A DNA stretch of 63,247 nucleotides, counting the filler, from Saprolegnia diclina VS20 (taxonomy: Eukaryota), in NCBI RefSeq assembly GCF_000281045.1. It is 3 parts of 2 records of this genome, joined end to end, with 100 filler letters (N's around TTAATTAATTAA, not from the genome) between each part and the next. Parts side by side here need not be neighbours in the genome. Positions count along the whole stretch, not along the records: positions 46,500 to 63,247 come from NW_008246095.1; 2 more parts are not named here. One strand, given 5' to 3'. Below the pieces are notes generated by a model. It worked only from the letters and a program-made list of their open reading frames with translations. It was not told the DNA's origin and made no database searches. Positions 62,316 to 63,247 of this stretch are shown in pieces. Positions within the stretch are counted from its first letter, which is position 1. Every line of letters begins with the position of its first letter. The position numbers and the translations under genes were made by a program.

Positions 62316-63035
62316 TCATGTCGCTCGCTTGCACGACACCCACGTTGCATTGCTCGAGACGGCCTCGGATCCGGACGACATTTCTTTCATAGAGCAGCGC
62401 CCAAGCACAGCGCCTGGTGTCGGGTCTCGGGCCCACGAGAAACCGCTGCACGTTGATGCTTTGGAGCTGCACATATTGAAGCAGTCTTGCAAGCTGCCCG
62501 ACGCATTGAAGGCGTCGCGTCCACCATAGGTGGCGCCGGCGGTGCACGTGTAGCTCGCGGGGTAACTGGTCGCAGAGAGAAAGCTGGTGGCGCTGGTCGA
62601 CAACGTCAGCGGCGACGGCTTTAGCTCGCACGTGCTGGCGGGCCACGACGAGGTGTTGAAGGCGACGGCATAACACTTGGGTTCTGCAGCACAGAGCTTC
62701 GTGCACTCGTCGAGCAGCGTCACATTGGGTACTGACTTTATGGTCTTTCCCGTGACACGAACGTTTGGAAGTACGAGCCATGGCGCGGCGCGTGCTACGT
62801 TGGCCGCGCTGGTGGTGTTGCGCGGGGCCGACACTATGGCGACCTCGGTCGCGGTCGTGCGCTGGCAGAGGTTGAAGATGGCACCCGCGTCGGCAGGCGC
62901 GCAGGTGTACCCGGTGCCGCAGTCGGCGTCTACCGAGCAGACCTTGTATTGCTGCTGGACGTGCATCATGTGCTGCGGCGTCCGCTTGTGCAGCGCTGCG
63001 ACCACCGAGAGTAAGGCGAGGCAGGCGGCGCGCAT
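62316..63035 (-). CDS. Secreted Cys-rich protein with two PAN/Apple-like domains
   Basis: Signal-like MRAACLALLSVVAA; ECTKLC..KCYAVAFN..CELK and DCFNMC..CSGFSW..CSMK; small N-terminal C..DADC..C knot; two CCAAT boxes upstream. Confidence 0.85.
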   Translation of the reverse strand: MRAACLALLSVVAALHKRTPQHMMHVQQQYKVCSVDADCGTGYTCAPADAGAIFNLCQRTTATEVAIVSAPRNTTSAANVARAAPWLVLPNVRVTGKTIKSVPNVTLLDECTKLCAAEPKCYAVAFNTSSWPASTCELKPSPLTLSTSATSFLSATSYPASYTCTAGATYGGRDAFNASGSLQDCFNMCSSKASTCSGFSWARDPTPGAVLGRCSMKEMSSGSEAVSSNATWVSCKRAT

Positions 63036-63247
63036 GTTGCGCAAGGCAGTTCTTGAAATGCTTTGATTGGTCCAGCCCACAATCCGCACACGCTTGATTG
63101 GTCGTTGCCAACAATCCTGTGCAACCTCGCAAAGTGGATACAAAGCTGGCAAACTTGATACTTGGCGTCAAGCAGCACAAGCTCCTGGTGCTGCAGAATC
63201 AAGGACACAAATACGCTCGATACTAGTTACGTACGTATGGTCGCCAA

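Overview
Eukaryotic, GC-rich, gene-dense genomic DNA with short (~43-55 nt) GT-AG introns. Gene content (axonemal dynein intermediate chain, GT48 glucan synthase, PAN/Apple secreted protein, ethanolamine-permease-like APC transporter) and codon style point to an oomycete, probably Saprolegniales (inference). Two artificial 100-nt gaps (N44-TTAATTAATTAA-N44 at 26244-26343 and 46400-46499) split the window into three contigs, so adjacency across them is not guaranteed. About 21 protein genes can be modelled by hand: three related TKL-like pseudokinases, NOT1, a PH-RasGAP, a KRE6/GH16 + multi-TM + FKS/GT48 fusion, a stand-alone CAP-C protein, a C2orf69-like protein, a CaaX-tailed guanylate-binding protein, two tandem DDHD phospholipases, a coiled-coil protein, DNAI2, a candidate 50-aa microprotein, an APC permease, a BIG-type Sec7 ARF-GEF, a NIPA Mg transporter, an ARB2/FAM172A-like + AGC kinase fusion, a PQ-loop-like protein, a small membrane protein and a PAN/Apple protein. 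A 5'-truncated LINE fragment is also present. The most notable items are (1) an intron-joined ARB2/FAM172A-AGC kinase fusion hidden from the ORF track, (2) the single-chain glucan synthase/GH16 fusion with a TMEM198-like linker, and (3) the pseudokinase cluster with signs of patchy gene conversion. No tRNA, rRNA or CRISPR was recognised. All family calls come from motif recognition by eye, not from database searches.
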